Assembly (NCBI GenBank): GCA_965223265.1
Contig: OZ244999.1
Location: 1,792,001-1,856,000 of the forward strand
Source: Planctomycetota bacterium
GTDB lineage: Bacteria > Planctomycetota > UBA8108 > SXIK01
Reading direction: 5' to 3'
Length of the DNA: 64,000 nt
A program made the position numbers and the translations under genes. A model generated the notes under the pieces. It was not told where the DNA came from, did not search any database, and saw only the letters and a list, made by a program, of their open reading frames with translations. Each line of letters begins with the position of its first letter. Position 1 is the first letter of the stretch. Shown here piece by piece: positions 18,295 to 28,274 of the stretch.

Positions 18295-19254
18295 TCATGC
18301 GCGGGAATCTTTCGGCGTTCGTCGTAAGAGAAGCCCGAGGTATTGATCGTCGCGTTGGCGCGTGCGGTTGACTTGGGCGTCGGCGTCGTATGTGAAGACA
18401 CCACGACCGCTCTTGACGCCAAAGTGTCCGGCCTCAATGAGTTCTTTGACCGTGTCCGGCAGCTCGGTGTCGGCGCGCAGGTGGGGCGCGAGGTTGGAGT
18501 AGACGCGGCTCGTGATGTCCCAACCGGCAAAGTCGATGATTTCGAGTGGTCCCATCGCAGCGAGTCGTAGGCCTATGCTGCCGCAGACGGCGCGATCGAT
18601 GTCTTCGGCGCTGGCGATGCCTCTGTCGAGTAGGTCCCAAATCTCACGAAACATGGCGACCTGGATGCGGTTAACGAGAAAGCCGGGGATTTCGCGGTTC
18701 AGCCGTACGGGTTCTTTGCCGATGCTGAAAAGCATGTCGCACGTCCGATCGATGGTCTCAGGCGACGTTTTCTCTCCGGGCACGACTTCGACGATGGGGA
18801 CAATGTGGGGCGGATTGAACCAGTGCGTGACCACGGCGCGCTCCGGGCGTTGGAGCCTCGAGGCGATGTCGGTCATCGGATAGCTGGAGGTGTTGCTGGC
18901 GAGGATCGTCTCTGGAGCGGCCGCCTCTTCGAGACGTTGAAAGAGCTCCTGCTTGACGGTCAGGTCTTCAGCGACCGCTTCGGTAACGAATGAGGCGGGT
19001 TTGACTGCGTCGACTTCGCTTGTTTCGAGGCGGATCCGCTCGATCACTTGCGGTATGTCATCAGCGCGCATCAGCTCGGCGTCCACGAAGCGCTGGAGGT
19101 TGTCGCGAATGCGATCGTGAAGTGTTGCGCGTGCGGTCTCCATCGGGTCATACGCGTGGACCGTGTGCCCGGCGAGTGCGAAGGTTTGCACGATGCCGTG
19201 TCCCATGGTGCCGAGTCCGATGACTGCTGCGATTCGATCGATTTTTTTCGACAT
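18295..19254 (-). CDS. 3-hydroxyacyl-CoA dehydrogenase family protein
   Basis: VIGLGTMGHGI Rossmann motif, EAVAEDLTVK, LASNTSS, HWFNPP, PGFLVNRIQ, MGPLE..D..G, GHFGVKSGRGVF. Confidence 0.93.
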   Translation of the reverse strand: MSKKIDRIAAVIGLGTMGHGIVQTFALAGHTVHAYDPMETARATLHDRIRDNLQRFVDAELMRADDIPQVIERIRLETSEVDAVKPASFVTEAVAEDLTVKQELFQRLEEAAAPETILASNTSSYPMTDIASRLQRPERAVVTHWFNPPHIVPIVEVVPGEKTSPETIDRTCDMLFSIGKEPVRLNREIPGFLVNRIQVAMFREIWDLLDRGIASAEDIDRAVCGSIGLRLAAMGPLEIIDFAGWDITSRVYSNLAPHLRADTELPDTVKELIEAGHFGVKSGRGVFTYDADAQVNRTRQRDDQYLGLLLRRTPKDSRA

Positions 19255-19531
19255 GTTTTGCTCTTTTGATCTCTCTCACAAGCGATCACCGGAGTTCCTA
19301 TCTCTTTCGCTGCGACAGCTGCCGCGCTTCGGATCTCGCCATCAATACCTACTCTGGTCCAGAAGTGGTGGTCGTTGCGTCATCTGAATCGACGCACGTA
19401 GAATGGCCCAGCCGAAGCGTGACATCGCGAAAAAGCCAATGGCCGAGGTGGTCGGCTGATCTCGGCTCGACATCGTGTCGCGAGTGTCACGACGTTGACA
19501 GCTAACAGCCTCTGTGCGGCAAGGGTAACGC

Positions 19532-20146
19532 ATGTCTCAGCCTAAGCGACCCAAATGGAGCCTCAAATCGACGTTTCTCTATCTTTGCGCCGCAGTTCTC
19601 CTCGTCGTTCCATTGATCGTTTTCCTATTCGACGGATCGATTTGGGCGCGTCTTGAGCTGGCCACGACGGTTCTGGCCGTTGGTCTCTTTTTGTTTCTAT
19701 CGCACGTGCTCTACCACGGCCTTCGTTTCGAGGGCGATCGACGCTTCAGCCTGATTCGTCGCCGAGCAAACAGCGCTGATTTCACTTCTTATTTCGCTTG
19801 CGACTCGTTCGTTGGTCTCTTTTCGACGCTCGGAGAGGTGGGAGGTTTGGCCGGACTTCTGATCGGCTTTCTGCTTGATGTGATCGTCTCGCTGCTTCTG
19901 TCGCTGCTCGTTGCGGCGCTGTTTTGGTTAGGCACCAACGTGCTCATCGTTTCAATCTCTGCTCTCCTTCTCCCGCTCTATCTGATCTTTCGCAGATTCT
20001 TGATGTACGTCGTCTGGTATGGGCGGAGCAGTCGTGGGCGATTGGGGAAATCCTTCTTTGCCGCGGCCTGCTACACCGCTGCCAGCACTCTCTGGCTTTA
20101 TGCTGTGCTTTTCTTCGGTCACTTTCTAGCCAAAGCAGCGACCTGA
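19532..20146 (+). CDS. Hypothetical integral membrane protein
   Basis: 204 aa with about 5 hydrophobic segments; no family recognised. Confidence 0.65.
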   Translation: MSQPKRPKWSLKSTFLYLCAAVLLVVPLIVFLFDGSIWARLELATTVLAVGLFLFLSHVLYHGLRFEGDRRFSLIRRRANSADFTSYFACDSFVGLFSTLGEVGGLAGLLIGFLLDVIVSLLLSLLVAALFWLGTNVLIVSISALLLPLYLIFRRFLMYVVWYGRSSRGRLGKSFFAAACYTAASTLWLYAVLFFGHFLAKAAT

Positions 20147-20193
20147 CTCTACTCTCGAGTGGTCACGCCGGAGGCGCTGCGGCGGTGCAGCGT

Positions 20194-21174
20194 TCATTTG
20201 ATTCTGAACCAATTGAGGCGCCAGCGCATGGTGTAGTAGTAGAGTCCCAAAAGGCGTGCGAACACGACACCGAGGTACATCCAGAGCAAGGGGACGAGCG
20301 CGAGAAACCACGGTAGGCTGGCACCGATGATCAGTGCGCCTCCAGCTATGAGAGCGAGGGCAGAAACAATGAAAAACAAAAGCAGATAGCTTCCCGGAGA
20401 TTTTAGTATCGATCGCACAAGGAAAGGGTATCTGAATGCGGAAAGGGGCCCGAGAAGGACCACCGCAAGAAACGAAACTCCAAAGAAGAAGAGTCCGAGT
20501 AAGATCCCACTCAGTAGAAAAAAGATGTGCCACGCGAGCGACATGGGAGTCGCAAAGAGCGCGACATTGACGGGCACGAGTGGCCACCAAGCGGCGACCG
20601 CTGCGGCGCACGAGTGACGCAGCGATCCAAAGAAACTGTGGAACTCGTCGCTGAGGTCTGGCCAATCGGGAAAGCGATTTTGGCCGTCCGCGGTTTCGAC
20701 GATGACGTCGAACACGAGTCGCAGGAAGTATGTCGAGACGACCGCGCATCCGAGCCACCCAAACACCGAGAGCATCGATAGGTAGATGAACGGCGTGGCG
20801 AAGACCCAGCCGACAAGCAGAGTCGTCAGGCCATCTGAACGGAGAGGATAGAGAAAAGCGCCACCTACATAAGACCAAAGAGTACGGTCCACGTCGTCGT
20901 CCGACAGACTCCACGCGGCGTCGATCTCTTCGGCGCTGTTTTCTGTATCGTCATCGGTGTCAGCGCTCTCCGCCTCGCCTTCTTCTGCCTCAGATGTGTC
21001 GGTGAGCGCCAATTGCTCACCACACTTCGGACACACGATCGGTTCCCCGCGCGAAACAAACGCCTCGCCGCACGGGCATTCGATCTCTAGTTCAACGTCG
21101 TAAAGGTCGGCGTCGCGATCGAACTCGGGGTCGTCGTTCACGTCGACTTCCGGATCGCCATCCCACTCATGCAT
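20194..21174 (-). CDS. Zn-ribbon/acidic N-terminus + multi-TM membrane protein (DUF4013-like)
   Basis: Likely start ATG 21174; CPCG...CPKCG zinc ribbon, acidic linker, GAFLYPL, TADG...PDWPD, several TM helices, ARLLGLYY C-terminus. Confidence 0.65.
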   Translation of the reverse strand: MHEWDGDPEVDVNDDPEFDRDADLYDVELEIECPCGEAFVSRGEPIVCPKCGEQLALTDTSEAEEGEAESADTDDDTENSAEEIDAAWSLSDDDVDRTLWSYVGGAFLYPLRSDGLTTLLVGWVFATPFIYLSMLSVFGWLGCAVVSTYFLRLVFDVIVETADGQNRFPDWPDLSDEFHSFFGSLRHSCAAAVAAWWPLVPVNVALFATPMSLAWHIFFLLSGILLGLFFFGVSFLAVVLLGPLSAFRYPFLVRSILKSPGSYLLLFFIVSALALIAGGALIIGASLPWFLALVPLLWMYLGVVFARLLGLYYYTMRWRLNWFRIK

Positions 21175-21449
21175 AGTGCTCTTCAGCCCTTCCTGGCGTG
21201 AGAACTCATCCTGACGTCTCCCTGACATACGGTACTGGCTGGTGCGGATAACTACCAACCGAAACCGGGAGCGGCGGCGCCCGCGTAGCCGCGGGAACAC
21301 ACTTACTGAGGAGACTGAACAATCGTCCTCCGGCCTGCGTCGGAGTCTCTCACCAGAACAACGATCAGGCGTCGTTTTTAGACTTCCGACGAATTCCTAC
21401 AGCCAGCTTGGCGAGAACATGCCGAACTTGAGAGTAGAATGTGTCCACC

Positions 21450-22925
21450 ATGTATAAAGATCGAATCACGCTCTGGGCTCTCTCCTGGTTTTTCGCTCTA
21501 TCGTTCCAGCTCACCGGGTCAGCCGAACCAGACTTTCGCGTGCCCGTAGGTCAGCGACAACTCTTCCTCGACGACCACGGCGTGCGCGAACTCGAGAATT
21601 TGGTGCGCACGCTCCACCAGCCGGAGAAGCGCGGCGCGGTGCTGCGCAGCCCGAGGCCGCAGCAGACGATCCAGACGCGCACGACGCCTGTCTGGGATCC
21701 GGTCGCCGAACGCTTCAAGTTCTGGGTCCTGACGATCGACCAGAATCTGTGGGAAAGCGTCGACGGGCTCAACTGGACGCCAGGCGCGCAGACGAATCAG
21801 CGCGCGAATATGGTGGTCTACGACCCGATCGATCCGGATCCTTCTCGCCGCTTCAAATGCGCGCGACTGGGCCGCGGCTTTGCCGTCTCACCCAATGGCG
21901 TGACGTGGACGCAGCTGGACGTACCTGCGATCCAGAGTTCTGACGAGGGTAACTTTAGCTACGACCCGGCTCACGGGCTCTTTATCCACACGGTCAAACG
22001 CTCGGGTCCGTATGGCCGCTCCGTCGCGATCGCCACCAGTCGGGATTTCGAGACATGGGAAGACTACGGCGTCGTTTTCCATGCCGATGAGCTCGATCAG
22101 GAGCTGGGGCGTCGACGCATCCAGGCGCGACGCGCCAATCCCAACCTGAAGCAGACCGAGTACGACACGCCCGAGGACTACAGCGTGCAGATTTACAACA
22201 TGGGTGTCTTTCACTACGAGGGAATCTACATCGGGCTGCCTTCGATGTATCACCACACCGGCAAGGTCCCCAAGGATTGGCCGGGGTTCGACAAAATCAA
22301 GCTTTCGCCATACATCCTCGGGCTTGTCCGCAAATACGGTGACTACACCGGCTTTTACGACATTCAGGTCGTCTGTAGTCGCGATCTGCGCAACTGGAAA
22401 CGCGTGGGGGAACGACGGCCGTTCATCGAAAACTCACCGCTCGGAGCAGGCGCTTACGACACGCAAACGATGTGCGGTCCCTCGTCGCCGCTCGTGCGTG
22501 GCGACGAATTATGGTTTTTTTACACGGGCATCAAGAATTACGCCTTCATCGGCTCCGGAGAAGATCCTGGCTACGATGACTACGTTCCCGACGCAGGAGC
22601 AGTCTGCCTCGCCGTGTTGCGGCGCGATGGTTTCATTTCGCTCGATGCCGGGGAGCAACCAGGGCGTTTGACGACGAAGCCCTTCAGACTCGGAGGCGAC
22701 CGACTGCTGATCAACGTCGCCGTCAAGCTCGGCGGCGAAATGGTTGTGGAATTGCTCGACGCCAAGGACGTCGTTCGCGCTGTGTCTGAACCCGTGGCAC
22801 TTGACCAGCGTCGTGGCGAGATCTCGTGGAGGTCCGGGAGCTTAACTCCCCTCGAAGGGAGCGTCGTCAGTCTTCGGTTCACGCTGCGGAATGCTGGGCT
22901 CTATTCGTACTGGATTGGCGACTAG
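21450..22925 (+). CDS. Secreted glycoside-hydrolase-like (GH32/43-type five-bladed propeller) protein
   Basis: Signal peptide; RQLFLDD, Asp-box-like ESVDGLNW / SPNGVTW / TSRDFETW / CSRDLRNW, GDELWFFYTG, LRRDGFISLDAG...G.LTTKP. Confidence 0.7.
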   Translation: MYKDRITLWALSWFFALSFQLTGSAEPDFRVPVGQRQLFLDDHGVRELENLVRTLHQPEKRGAVLRSPRPQQTIQTRTTPVWDPVAERFKFWVLTIDQNLWESVDGLNWTPGAQTNQRANMVVYDPIDPDPSRRFKCARLGRGFAVSPNGVTWTQLDVPAIQSSDEGNFSYDPAHGLFIHTVKRSGPYGRSVAIATSRDFETWEDYGVVFHADELDQELGRRRIQARRANPNLKQTEYDTPEDYSVQIYNMGVFHYEGIYIGLPSMYHHTGKVPKDWPGFDKIKLSPYILGLVRKYGDYTGFYDIQVVCSRDLRNWKRVGERRPFIENSPLGAGAYDTQTMCGPSSPLVRGDELWFFYTGIKNYAFIGSGEDPGYDDYVPDAGAVCLAVLRRDGFISLDAGEQPGRLTTKPFRLGGDRLLINVAVKLGGEMVVELLDAKDVVRAVSEPVALDQRRGEISWRSGSLTPLEGSVVSLRFTLRNAGLYSYWIGD

Positions 22926-22973
22926 CACGAGGAAGAGCACCGCGACTGGCGCTGCGGTCATGAGATTGCGACT

Positions 22974-25445
22974 CTATGGAGACGACTCGATCTCCCGGAA
23001 TCGAAACGCGACGCATAGACTCGACGCGTCCGCATTCGCTTCTGCGACCGCCATACAGTTCGCGCTGTCAGAATGCTCGTAGGAGAAGCTGGCAAGATTT
23101 GTGACGCCCTGAACGTCAGGCGCAGAAACGTTCCAGACACGACAGCGGTTGACGCGCACCACCAAGCGATATGAAGTTTCTGGTTCAGCGACGAGACCGT
23201 CGAGTCTGACGAAGCTCCGCCGATTGTCCTGTGCCGTCGTGGCGATGGCAGATGCTGCGAGCTGTGGACACGTCTCGGGAGTTTCTGTCATCTTCCAAAG
23301 GGCAACATTGAACGGGGCCTCTCCCGGAGGCTCGAGCTCTCCGTCGACGATCAGTTCTACGAGTCGAATTGACGCTGTCCCCGAAGTGAACGTCGTGCCG
23401 ACGTGAAGAACCTCTGAAGCGATCTCATGAACCTCTGGGCGTACCTCGCCACTACCGACTGGCAGCGGCAGACCGGCTCCAGTCGTTCCCGTCGTAAAAA
23501 GAGTAGGACTCTCCCGTGGTGGTTCGAACGCATCGCCGATCCGCACGCACCCACTTCGAAAGACGACGATCTCCCGATGAGGCACAATAGCGAGAAACTC
23601 CTGCGACAACGAACCGAGGAGTGGATTGACATCTTTGTCGACGCGGAGGGGCGGCAGCCCAGGAAAATCGACAGCGACGTCGAAGCGATTGATCACCGGA
23701 TCGCGCGACAGGCCAAACGTGAGGGCGTACTCGTTCTGATTCAAGTAACCAGAAGCGCTGGAAGTGAACTGAACGCGGTGCACTTGGTGTTCGTTAAACT
23801 CTTCACCGTCGACGTTGATCCTGACGACGGCGCCGAACTCGTTTTCAAGCCACGGTTCATGCGCCAGATCAGATTCGACCGGACAGGTCGATTCGACTTC
23901 CGGGAGGTTGGACACCGGACGCACGCGGACATACTGCTTTTCGTCGGGCCGCGTCGAATCGCCATACAGAATGTTTTCGTAGAAGTGGCTCAATCGCTCT
24001 TGACGATTCGATTGAAAGAAGTTGGCGAGTGCGCAATCGACATCGCCGTCTTGATCCCAGTCACCCCAGGCGGGGACGACCCCAGGAAAGTCGCGGCGGT
24101 CGTTATCGGGGTCCGCCGGGTCTTTGAACGCCAAGTGGTGTGGGTCGATGTCGTGGGTGGCGAGGTAGAATCCGGGCGTCCCGCCGGTTTCGAGGAATCG
24201 GTTGAGATGGAATGCGTCACGAGACGTGAGGTCAAGGTCGCCGTCATTGTCCCAGTCGATCACCGACAATCCAACAGACCAAACGTGAAAGGCGGGGGCC
24301 TCGATCCGCTGGGGCGCGGCTGCGGCGAACGTGCCGTCTCCTAAGTTGTCCCATATGACGAGCTGTTCTGGAAAACGGTAAGCGATCGCGAGGTCGAGGT
24401 CGCCGTCATGGTCGTAGTCAAGAAAAGCAGCTCCTTCATCTAACGTCGCGCGAGTGATACCGACGTCTGTCGGCTGAAGCGGATCGAATCTCGGCGTGCC
24501 GACAGTCGAGCGGTTTTGATAGAGCGTTGCGTTCGAGAACAGATCGAGATCGCCGTCCTGATCGTAGTCGGCGAATTGAGCTCCTTCAGGGTTGGGGGTG
24601 TCGGGAGGGTTGATGATTCCTGCATTTTCGCCGCGCTCTTCGAACCGGTATCCCTCGTCCGTCCCCAGATTGACGAACAAGAAGTTGCGACTGCCGTTTC
24701 TTGGATATGCCGGAAGAAACATGTCCAAGTCACGATCGAAGTCGATGTCACCCCAACAAATCGTTTCCGTGAGGGAGCCGCAGAGTGGCGAGGGAAATAA
24801 CTCACTCGGAATAGCTTCGTCTGTGGCATCGACAATCTCTCCATCGCTATACCGCAGGAGCGCGAAGCAACGAGTGAGAAGCTGTTCCTCGCGTCTCGGT
24901 TCTGTCGCGATCTCCGGTAAGCCGTCGTTGTCGAAATCTCCGAACGACGATCCGTAACGCCACGTGTCCGTCCCAAGAAACGCAGGGATTTCCTCCCAAT
25001 CAGTGCCTTCCATGTTGCGCCACAGCGTTCCCGTGCGATACGCGAACAGGTCGATCCAGCCGTCTCGATCAACGTCACCGAAGGAGATGGCTCCGGCCGT
25101 CCCTAGGTGGAACCCTTCTGAGCCCCAGCGACGTAACGGAACATCGATCGTCGGGGCGTCGCCGTCGACAAAGAGGAACTGGAGGACGAAGATTGCGTCT
25201 GAGATGTCGACAGTGAAGTCGCGATTCGCGTCCGCTGGTCGTAGGTGCGGCGGCCGCTCTGCTCCATCGACGAACAGAAACTGAAGAATTGAGATGGCAT
25301 CGGATATGTCGACGGCTCGATCTGAGTTCGCATCGCCGGCCACGATCGGCACGTTCGAATTCAGAGATTCCGATTGTGCTCGAACTTCCTGGATTGCCAG
25401 GCCGAGCGCAACGTGTAGAACGATTGCACTCGAGAAGCGTCTCAT
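22974..25445 (-). CDS. Secreted dockerin-like + FG-GAP/VCBS (CRTAC1/ASPIC-UnbV-like) protein
   Basis: ATG 25445 with SD GGAGGT and signal peptide; duplicated GDANSD..VDISDAI.ILQFLF; repeats FGDVDRDGWIDL, FGDFDNDG, WGDIDFDRDLD, FADYDQDGDLD; SGYLNQNE..LTFGL (ASPIC/UnbV-like). Confidence 0.8.
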   Translation of the reverse strand: MRRFSSAIVLHVALGLAIQEVRAQSESLNSNVPIVAGDANSDRAVDISDAISILQFLFVDGAERPPHLRPADANRDFTVDISDAIFVLQFLFVDGDAPTIDVPLRRWGSEGFHLGTAGAISFGDVDRDGWIDLFAYRTGTLWRNMEGTDWEEIPAFLGTDTWRYGSSFGDFDNDGLPEIATEPRREEQLLTRCFALLRYSDGEIVDATDEAIPSELFPSPLCGSLTETICWGDIDFDRDLDMFLPAYPRNGSRNFLFVNLGTDEGYRFEERGENAGIINPPDTPNPEGAQFADYDQDGDLDLFSNATLYQNRSTVGTPRFDPLQPTDVGITRATLDEGAAFLDYDHDGDLDLAIAYRFPEQLVIWDNLGDGTFAAAAPQRIEAPAFHVWSVGLSVIDWDNDGDLDLTSRDAFHLNRFLETGGTPGFYLATHDIDPHHLAFKDPADPDNDRRDFPGVVPAWGDWDQDGDVDCALANFFQSNRQERLSHFYENILYGDSTRPDEKQYVRVRPVSNLPEVESTCPVESDLAHEPWLENEFGAVVRINVDGEEFNEHQVHRVQFTSSASGYLNQNEYALTFGLSRDPVINRFDVAVDFPGLPPLRVDKDVNPLLGSLSQEFLAIVPHREIVVFRSGCVRIGDAFEPPRESPTLFTTGTTGAGLPLPVGSGEVRPEVHEIASEVLHVGTTFTSGTASIRLVELIVDGELEPPGEAPFNVALWKMTETPETCPQLAASAIATTAQDNRRSFVRLDGLVAEPETSYRLVVRVNRCRVWNVSAPDVQGVTNLASFSYEHSDSANCMAVAEANADASSLCVAFRFREIESSP

Positions 25446-25716
25446 GTGGACCTCCGGAACCGTCGTCGGGCGAAAGAGGGCGAGACAGGCGAGCTGGCTA
25501 TTCGTTGGGAATAGCCACTGGCGCATGTTTCGAATAAGAAAGTCCCTACGTGCGATCAAAACACCACATCGCTGCGGGCGCAACGATCAAGTGTCGTGTG
25601 ATGTCGTCACGACTGACAAAGCCGTTCCCCGTACTTCGTGCGCAGAGTTCTCGACACAACGGAAGTTGACGTCGGTCTCGCTGGCGTCGACGATCGTTAC
25701 GTGAAAGACGACTGAG

Positions 25717-26499
25717 GTGGTCATGATTCGCACGCTGTTTGTGTCCATCGGCGTCCCTGCGGCTCCGCCCGATGGCAGAGGCACGCTTCGACACTGGGTT
25801 CCATCGCCGGTGATTGCGGTAGCCGAGGTTCTTGCGATCGTGCTTCTCTTCACCGGATGCACGTCGATGTATTGGAAGGATCGCGGAAAGGACCTGGTCG
25901 ATCCGTTTGGTTTTGGTTTCGGCTCGGGTGGTCTTGGTTTTAACGTCCGCGCAACGCATTTCGTTCAGGTCGGATTCGGCGGAGAGCTCGACTTCGAGCG
26001 CCGCTTCCGCTTCCTCGGGCGCGATGTCGACTGGCCTGGATACACAGCGTTCGAAGCGGGCGTGGCGCCACTTGGCTACATTCGTGCATACGAAGATGGG
26101 GGTGTCGACGCGACGTCGCGCGGAGTGCTTTTCGGGCGGACCTTCGGCCGCACCGGTGACGATGGCTCGCGCGAGCTGTCGGTGTTCGCGCCCGCTCGCA
26201 GTGACTACTTCGCTGGCTACGATCGGCGGCTCTTCGACATCGGCGTCTCCGTGCGCGTGCTCATCGGTGGTGACGTCGAGTTCAATCCGTTTGAGTTGGT
26301 CGATTTCGTCCTTGGATTCTTTGGCGCCGACATTGCTGACGACGACGGCTCCGCCGACCACGGTGCGGACGCACAACAGCGCAGGCGCACGCCGGACGTG
26401 CCAGCGGATGCCCAGCCGACCGTACCCCATCACGACAACACACCCGGGAACGACTCTCCCAACGTTCTGGAAGGCCAGCCCATCGACCAGCCTCGGTAA
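25717..26499 (+). CDS. Hypothetical putative lipoprotein
   Basis: LAIVLLFTGC lipobox-like motif, YWKDRGKDLVDPF, beta-rich core, FNPFELVDFVLGFFGADIADDD; start uncertain. Confidence 0.6.
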   Translation: MVMIRTLFVSIGVPAAPPDGRGTLRHWVPSPVIAVAEVLAIVLLFTGCTSMYWKDRGKDLVDPFGFGFGSGGLGFNVRATHFVQVGFGGELDFERRFRFLGRDVDWPGYTAFEAGVAPLGYIRAYEDGGVDATSRGVLFGRTFGRTGDDGSRELSVFAPARSDYFAGYDRRLFDIGVSVRVLIGGDVEFNPFELVDFVLGFFGADIADDDGSADHGADAQQRRRTPDVPADAQPTVPHHDNTPGNDSPNVLEGQPIDQPR

Positions 26500-26529
26500 A
26501 CCTACGACTGATCTGACTCTCGGCGCTGT

Positions 26530-28209
26530 TTAGCCCAAGAACGTATCCGGCGGGATCGCCGTCTGCTCGGTCACGACCTCGACGACGCACGGACGCCCCG
26601 CCGCCAGCGCTTGCTCGAGCGCAGGTGTGATCTCGCCTGGGCGTTCGACCCTGATGCCCTCGGCGCCCATGCTGCGTGCAATCGCTGCGAACGATGCGTC
26701 GCTGAACTGCCAGAGCTCACCGTGGCGGCCTCGCAGCTCGCCGCCGTAGGCCTGTTTGTAGACATCGATCTCTTGGTTGAGCGAGCGGTTGTTGTTGATC
26801 ACAAGCACGGCTGCGATGTTCCAGCGCACGGCTGTCTCGAGTTCACTTAAGTGGTACCAGAAACCACCGTCGCCCGAGAAAAGGACGACCGGACGGTCCG
26901 GGAGCGCCAGTTTTGCGCCGAGCGCCGCGGGCAAGCCCCAGCCGAGCGAGCCTGCGGCACGGATGAACTCTTGGCCCGGTCTCGTCAGATCGATCATCGT
27001 GCCCGTCCACATACCCGAGTGACCTGTCTCCGACACCAGGAGTGCGTCCGACGGGAGGAGGTCGGTGAGATCACGGCAAAGCCGCGCCGGCTCGATCGGC
27101 ACCGCGTCCGAGGCGAAGAGCGGCTCGTACTCACTGCGCCAAGCGTTCACGAAGGACTGTGCGTGCGCCACCCAAGGGGCGCGGATCTGGCTCGTCGTGC
27201 TGTCGGCCGCTTCGCTCAGCTGCGATAGCACCGTCTTCGCGTCTCCTAACAGCGACACTTCGTTGGGATAGTGTCGCCCGAGCTCGGTTGCTTCGATGTC
27301 GAGCTGTATGACCGGTGTCCCGGGCGGAGGCACGCGCCACTGAAACGTCACCTGGCTTCCCGTGTGGCTGCCGACGAAAAAGACGAGGTCGGCTTCAAGC
27401 ACTGCCTGGTTGGCACTCTTACGCGAATACCAACCAGGTACGCCGACATTCAGTGGGTGGTCACCGCGCAAAACGTCCTTGGCGTTGAGTGACGTCGCCA
27501 CTGGAATGTTCAGCTTCTCCGCAAGCACTCGCAGTTCCGGTCCAGCTTGCGAGGCTCGGACGCCCCCGCCGGCAACGATCACCGGCTTCTTAGCTGCTTC
27601 GAGCCGTCGCACCGCGGCGCGAACCACCTCCGGATCGGCCGCAGGGCGAAAAGGCGGCACGGCGCCGAACTGAGATTCCACGATCACCTCGAGATCGGCC
27701 TCCTGGAGCTCGACTTCGCCAAGGTGTCCTGCGAGCTCGATATGGGCTGGCCCTGGCGTGCCAGTCGTGGCGGCGCGAAACGCTTGCCGCATAACGTCTG
27801 GAAGACGCGCCACGTCGTCGACGTGAGCGCTGTACTTCGTCACGGGTCCGAAAAGCGAGAAATCGTCGATCTCCTGGTAGGTGTGACGGTGACGCGAGTA
27901 GGAGTAGGGGCCGCCTGTGAAAACGACCAGTGGTGAGCAGGCGAGGAAGGGATCACGCAGCGCGGCCGCTAAGTTCGCTGCGCCGACGCACTGCGCGAAG
28001 CTGATGCCGGGTCGCCCACTGGCGCGCGCGTAACCGTCGGCCATGTAGGCCGCGGATTTCTCCCCGTGAGTCATGACGCGCTGAATTCCCGTGCGGTCAT
28101 CAAGCTCGGCGAGCGTGCGGCTCATGATCGCCGGCACAAAGAAGACGTGGGTGACGCCATAAGCTTTTAGTGAGTCGGCGATGAACTGGGCGCCAGAAAG
28201 TTGTGTCAT
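26530..28209 (-). CDS. Thiamine-diphosphate-dependent enzyme (acetolactate synthase large-subunit-like family)
   Basis: SGAQFIADSLKAYGVTHVF, HGEKSAAYMADGYARASG, KPVIVAGGG, GSLGWGLPAALGAK, ThDP motif GDGGF...NN; likely start ATG 28209. Confidence 0.92.
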   Translation of the reverse strand: MTQLSGAQFIADSLKAYGVTHVFFVPAIMSRTLAELDDRTGIQRVMTHGEKSAAYMADGYARASGRPGISFAQCVGAANLAAALRDPFLACSPLVVFTGGPYSYSRHRHTYQEIDDFSLFGPVTKYSAHVDDVARLPDVMRQAFRAATTGTPGPAHIELAGHLGEVELQEADLEVIVESQFGAVPPFRPAADPEVVRAAVRRLEAAKKPVIVAGGGVRASQAGPELRVLAEKLNIPVATSLNAKDVLRGDHPLNVGVPGWYSRKSANQAVLEADLVFFVGSHTGSQVTFQWRVPPPGTPVIQLDIEATELGRHYPNEVSLLGDAKTVLSQLSEAADSTTSQIRAPWVAHAQSFVNAWRSEYEPLFASDAVPIEPARLCRDLTDLLPSDALLVSETGHSGMWTGTMIDLTRPGQEFIRAAGSLGWGLPAALGAKLALPDRPVVLFSGDGGFWYHLSELETAVRWNIAAVLVINNNRSLNQEIDVYKQAYGGELRGRHGELWQFSDASFAAIARSMGAEGIRVERPGEITPALEQALAAGRPCVVEVVTEQTAIPPDTFLG

Positions 28210-28274
28210 AGGGCTATGCCGTCGGTCGTGTCGATTGCTTCGCGGTGTGCCTCTCTTGAGAGCAGCTATTGACG

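Noticed and set aside
26530-28209. Assigning ilvB (and asnB, tauD, hbd, dacA elsewhere) as gene symbols
   Set aside because: Family-level motifs only; missing partner subunits or altered catalytic motifs make orthology unsupported.
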